64,000 nt of DNA from Chloroflexota bacterium. Its GTDB lineage: Bacteria; Chloroflexota; Dehalococcoidia; Lucifugimonadales; Australimonadaceae. The stretch is from contig VXQP01000044.1 in the NCBI GenBank assembly GCA_009838965.1, forward strand, positions 2,882-66,881. Direction: 5' to 3'. The position numbers and the translations under genes are program-made. Below the pieces are notes generated by a model. It made no database searches, was not told the origin of the DNA, and saw nothing but the letters and a program-made list of their open reading frames with translations. Positions within the stretch are counted from its first letter, which is position 1. Each line of letters starts with the position of its first letter. Below are positions 61,561 through 64,000 of the stretch, in pieces.

Positions 61561-61990
61561 CCCCGTCATGCAAGCATTTCCCTCCGTCTTTCCCGCGCAG
61601 GCGGGGATCCAGAGTGCGCGACAGCGGAGCGCACACGGTGGGTTAGTGGGGAGAGGTGTGTGGCCCCCTCTCCTGAGGGAGAGGGAAACGCGCTTCAGCG
61701 CGAGGGTGAGGGCCCTTGGTGGGGTTGGAAGCGGGGCGAGCGTGTCATGCCGGCCGCAGGCGGGAATCCAGAGTGCGCGACAGCGGAGCGTACACGGTAG
61801 GGTAATGGGGAGAGGTGTGTGGCCCCTCTCCTGAGGGAGAGGGAAACGCGCGTCAGCGCGAGGGTGAGGGCCCCCGGGGCGGGGTGATGGAGGGGACTGT
61901 CATTCCGAGCGGAGCGCAGCGAAGTCGAGGTATCTCTCAGGGGCATTATCCCTTCCCCCTCGACGAGGGAAGGTTAGGATGGGGGTGATG
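61561..61990 (+). repeat. Repeat cluster R13: about 430-bp composite array A-C-A-C-B-D
   Basis: Two tandem A+C units with a period of about 159 nt (61586-61716 and 61743-61875). They are followed by a B module (ctgtcattccgagcggagcgcagcgaagtcgaggtatctctcagggg) and a D module (tcccttccccctcgacgagggaaggttaggatgggggtga). Confidence 0.85.
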
Positions 61991-62172
61991 TCTGGGTGAG
62001 GGTTGGCGTGCCCCCATATGTGACATCCGCCCCTTACGCGGTGCCGCCCGCATCCGCTACGCTGGGCGTATGACTCGCGCACCAGCCCGACCTATAGACC
62101 GCACCTATAGCTCATAGGCGCAACTACAGACAGGGCCTATCCCGGAGCAGAACTATGAAAAACGAGTGAAAT

Positions 62173-62311
62173 CTTGGTACCTTGGTCGCAGGAAGCAGGC
62201 CACGGCCTTGGAAACACCCCCGACCAAGGAGAACCTAGATTCCAGGACCGCTTGCCCGATCACTCGTAAGATGCCGACCAAGATTCCACGATGCGGGCCT
62301 CGATGGAATCT
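62173..62311 (+). promoter_or_regulatory. Candidate structured 5' leader with mutually exclusive helices
   Basis: CCTTGGTCG (62180-88) pairs with CGACCAAGG (62221-29). A second CGACCAAG lies at 62275-82 and a second CTTGGT at 62173-78. AGATTCCA at 62237-44 and 62281-88 both complement TGGAATCT at 62304-11. Local GC is lower. Confidence 0.3.
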
Positions 62312-62347
62312 TGATCTGACCCGATAGCAGGGAACAGAGGAGGCGCC

Positions 62348-63304
62348 ATGACCCAGCAGCCTGTCCCCACCGTCCGGTTCGGAACGTCGTGGTCGACGCA
62401 GTTCCGGTTCACGCAGGCCATAGGCCGGGGGCTCAGCGAGTTGAAGCGCATCGACGCGACGGTCCACGTCCTGAGGCCCGGTGGGGTGAGTGCGCTGGCC
62501 GACCGCACGATCGACGTGGTCTTCTCCAAGTGGGTGGTCAACGAGCACCGCTATTCCGGGAGGGGTATCTTCGCCGGAGAGAAACCGGACGACTGGCTGC
62601 GGACCATCGCGTGGCTCCCGCAGGAGGACCGCTTCCTCTTCGCGATGGCGCCGTGGACGGGCATCGAGTCGTTCGAGCAGCTTGTGGCGGAGAAGCCGGT
62701 GCTGCACATGGCCGGCAGCGGCGCCGAGGTCGTGCTCCGGGAGTACGGCTTCAGCTACGCCGACATCGAGCAATGGGGCGGCTCGGTGAGCCACATGGAC
62801 CATACGGCGCGCGCCGCCAAAGCTCGCTACGACGCCGGACGGCTCGACGCATTCTGGGGCGACGGCAGCGCCTACGACTTCTCGGCTTGGCCGTGGGTGG
62901 GCTCGCGCGGCTATCGCTTCCTCGACATCAGTGAGGAGGTGATGCAACGGCTGGAGGCGAAGGGCCTGCGCCGCCAGGTGACGCCTGCGGGCTTCGTGCC
63001 CGGCGTCGACAGAACGCTCACCGCGCTCGACGACTCCCACATCGTGCTCACGTGCCGCGCCGACCTCGACGACGAACTCGCCTACCTCTTGGCGAAAGCG
63101 ATAGACGACAACAAGAGGGACATCGAGCTCACGTCGATCCAGATCGACTACGACAACGGCGAGGCCGGAGGCCTCCCGATGATCAGGCCGACGTACTGGT
63201 CGTCGCTCACGGGGCCCATCGGCCGTCAGTGGGACGAGGGGATCACGGGCGCGCCGCTGCACGATGGAGCGAGGCGCTACTACCAGGAGCAGGGGTACCT
63301 GTAA
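62348..63304 (+). CDS. TAXI-family (TRAP-associated) solute-binding-protein-like, no signal peptide
   Basis: 318 aa. C-terminal APLHDGARRYYQEQGYL matches the conserved PLHPGAxxYYxExG end of TAXI receptors. The N-terminus lacks any hydrophobic signal or lipobox. SD AGAGGAGG. Confidence 0.7.
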   Translation: MTQQPVPTVRFGTSWSTQFRFTQAIGRGLSELKRIDATVHVLRPGGVSALADRTIDVVFSKWVVNEHRYSGRGIFAGEKPDDWLRTIAWLPQEDRFLFAMAPWTGIESFEQLVAEKPVLHMAGSGAEVVLREYGFSYADIEQWGGSVSHMDHTARAAKARYDAGRLDAFWGDGSAYDFSAWPWVGSRGYRFLDISEEVMQRLEAKGLRRQVTPAGFVPGVDRTLTALDDSHIVLTCRADLDDELAYLLAKAIDDNKRDIELTSIQIDYDNGEAGGLPMIRPTYWSSLTGPIGRQWDEGITGAPLHDGARRYYQEQGYL

Positions 63305-63313
63305 AGGTGGCCG

Positions 63314-63844
63314 CTACTCGGTTGCCGGCCTTTTCATGGCCAGCGGCAGCCCCGCTGCCATGAAGTAGACGGCATCCGCCTCCTCGGCCACGAGCTGGTT
63401 CGCGCGCCCCAACTCGTCGGCGAAGGCCCGCCCCAGTTCGTTTGCCGGGATTACGCCGAGCCCCACCTCGTTGCTGACGACGATCCACGACGCGTCGCCC
63501 TGCTCGTACAGCTCCAGCAACCGTCGTGCCTCCGCAGGGATGTCATGGGGCCGTTCGCTCAGCAGCATGTTGCTGACCCACAGCGTCAGGCAGTCGAGCA
63601 GCACCGTGTCGTAAAGGTGCAGGACGGGCGCCAGCGCCGTTGCGGGGTCGAGCGGCTCTTCAAGGGTGTCCCACTGCGCGGGACGGTTCGCCTGGTGCGC
63701 CCGGATGCGCGCCTCCATCTCCGCGTCGCCCGCCTCGGCGGTCGCCACGAAGAGCACGCGCTTGCCGTGGGTCGCCAACTGCTGGGCGTAGCTGCTCTTT
63801 CCGGCCCGGACACCGCCGAGGATGAGTGTCAGCCGCTTGCTCAT
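63314..63844 (-). CDS. cobU: Adenosylcobinamide kinase / adenosylcobinamide-phosphate guanylyltransferase
   Basis: 176 aa from Met34 of the track ORF. P-loop LILGGVRAGKSSYA, ...ATAEAGDAEMEARIRAHQ..., VSNEVGLGVIP, typical of CobU/CobP. Confidence 0.88.
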   Translation of the reverse strand: MSKRLTLILGGVRAGKSSYAQQLATHGKRVLFVATAEAGDAEMEARIRAHQANRPAQWDTLEEPLDPATALAPVLHLYDTVLLDCLTLWVSNMLLSERPHDIPAEARRLLELYEQGDASWIVVSNEVGLGVIPANELGRAFADELGRANQLVAEEADAVYFMAAGLPLAMKRPATE

Positions 63845-64000
63845 GCCTTCACTCCTCCGTTGCCGGGTGTGCAGGGGACCTCGTTCCATAGTTCGAGGAC
63901 ACGCCCGCCGGGATGGTTGCTGACGATGGAGAGGCTGCCGCAATCGACCCCGAACTGCCAGAAGTACCCATCAGGCAGGTTGAGCAGGCAGACGAGAAGC
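63841..64000 (-). CDS. Histidine-phosphatase family protein (CobC/alpha-ribazole phosphatase-like), N-terminus beyond window
   Basis: My reverse-strand reading gives ...LLVCLLNLPDGYFWQFGVDCGSLSIVSNHPGGRVLELWNEVPCTPGNGGVKA*, a typical C-terminus of the phosphoglycerate-mutase/CobC family. The TGA overlaps the cobU ATG (ATGA). Not in the ORF track because there is no in-window start. Confidence 0.6.
   Translation of the reverse strand, partial: LLVCLLNLPDGYFWQFGVDCGSLSIVSNHPGGRVLELWNEVPCTPGNGGVKA

Noticed and set aside
61561-61990. Possible CRISPR array, given the regularly recurring palindromic repeats.
   Set aside because: The units are heterogeneous modules (A, C, B, D) rather than one repeat. 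The 159-nt period comes from duplication of a composite unit. The apparent spacers are themselves repeated elsewhere. No cas genes are present.
62050-62347. Cobalamin riboswitch, suspected because cobU/cobC lie next door.
   Set aside because: No B12-box (GCCACTG-like) or conserved cobalamin-riboswitch core was recognised. The element precedes the TAXI-like gene, not the cob genes, which are on the other strand.

Overview
High-GC (~65%) bacterial chromosomal segment with dense coding and strong GGAGG-type Shine-Dalgarno sites. The gene content (RNase Y, PlsY, archaeal-type PEP carboxylase, many LLM/F420-type oxidoreductases, amidohydrolases, a Rieske oxygenase) suggests a Chloroflexota-like organism, but this is inference only. 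About 1-45 kb is mostly housekeeping: prpD-like/LLM, fabF-folC, dnaE, ogt, era, ppcA, tRNA-Gly, plsY, rny, recA, nadE, rpsU, dtd, proBA. Embedded in it is a long co-directional block at 9.9-20.4 kb. It holds a partner-switching module (STAS, REC-PP2C, RsbW-like kinase) translationally coupled to a periplasmic binding protein and a HAMP histidine kinase, followed by a circularly permuted ATP-grasp/alpha-E pair and an MMPL transporter. About 45-62 kb is accessory and catabolic (amidohydrolases, Rieske oxygenase, LLM, cupins, 2 MFS, FAH, HAD). It is unusual in two ways. (1) It holds an orphan HK97-type prohead protease + small ORF + major capsid protein module (47.5-50.0 kb) with no other phage genes, next to an orphan beta-class DNA methyltransferase. 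(2) Almost every intergenic gap carries clusters of at least 6 families of short hairpin-forming repeat modules. I recognised about 34 modules in 13 clusters, all in the same polarity on the + strand regardless of flanking gene orientation. No CRISPR array, rRNA, transposase or integrase was recognised. Many long ORFs in the six-frame track are high-GC antisense shadows and were not called.
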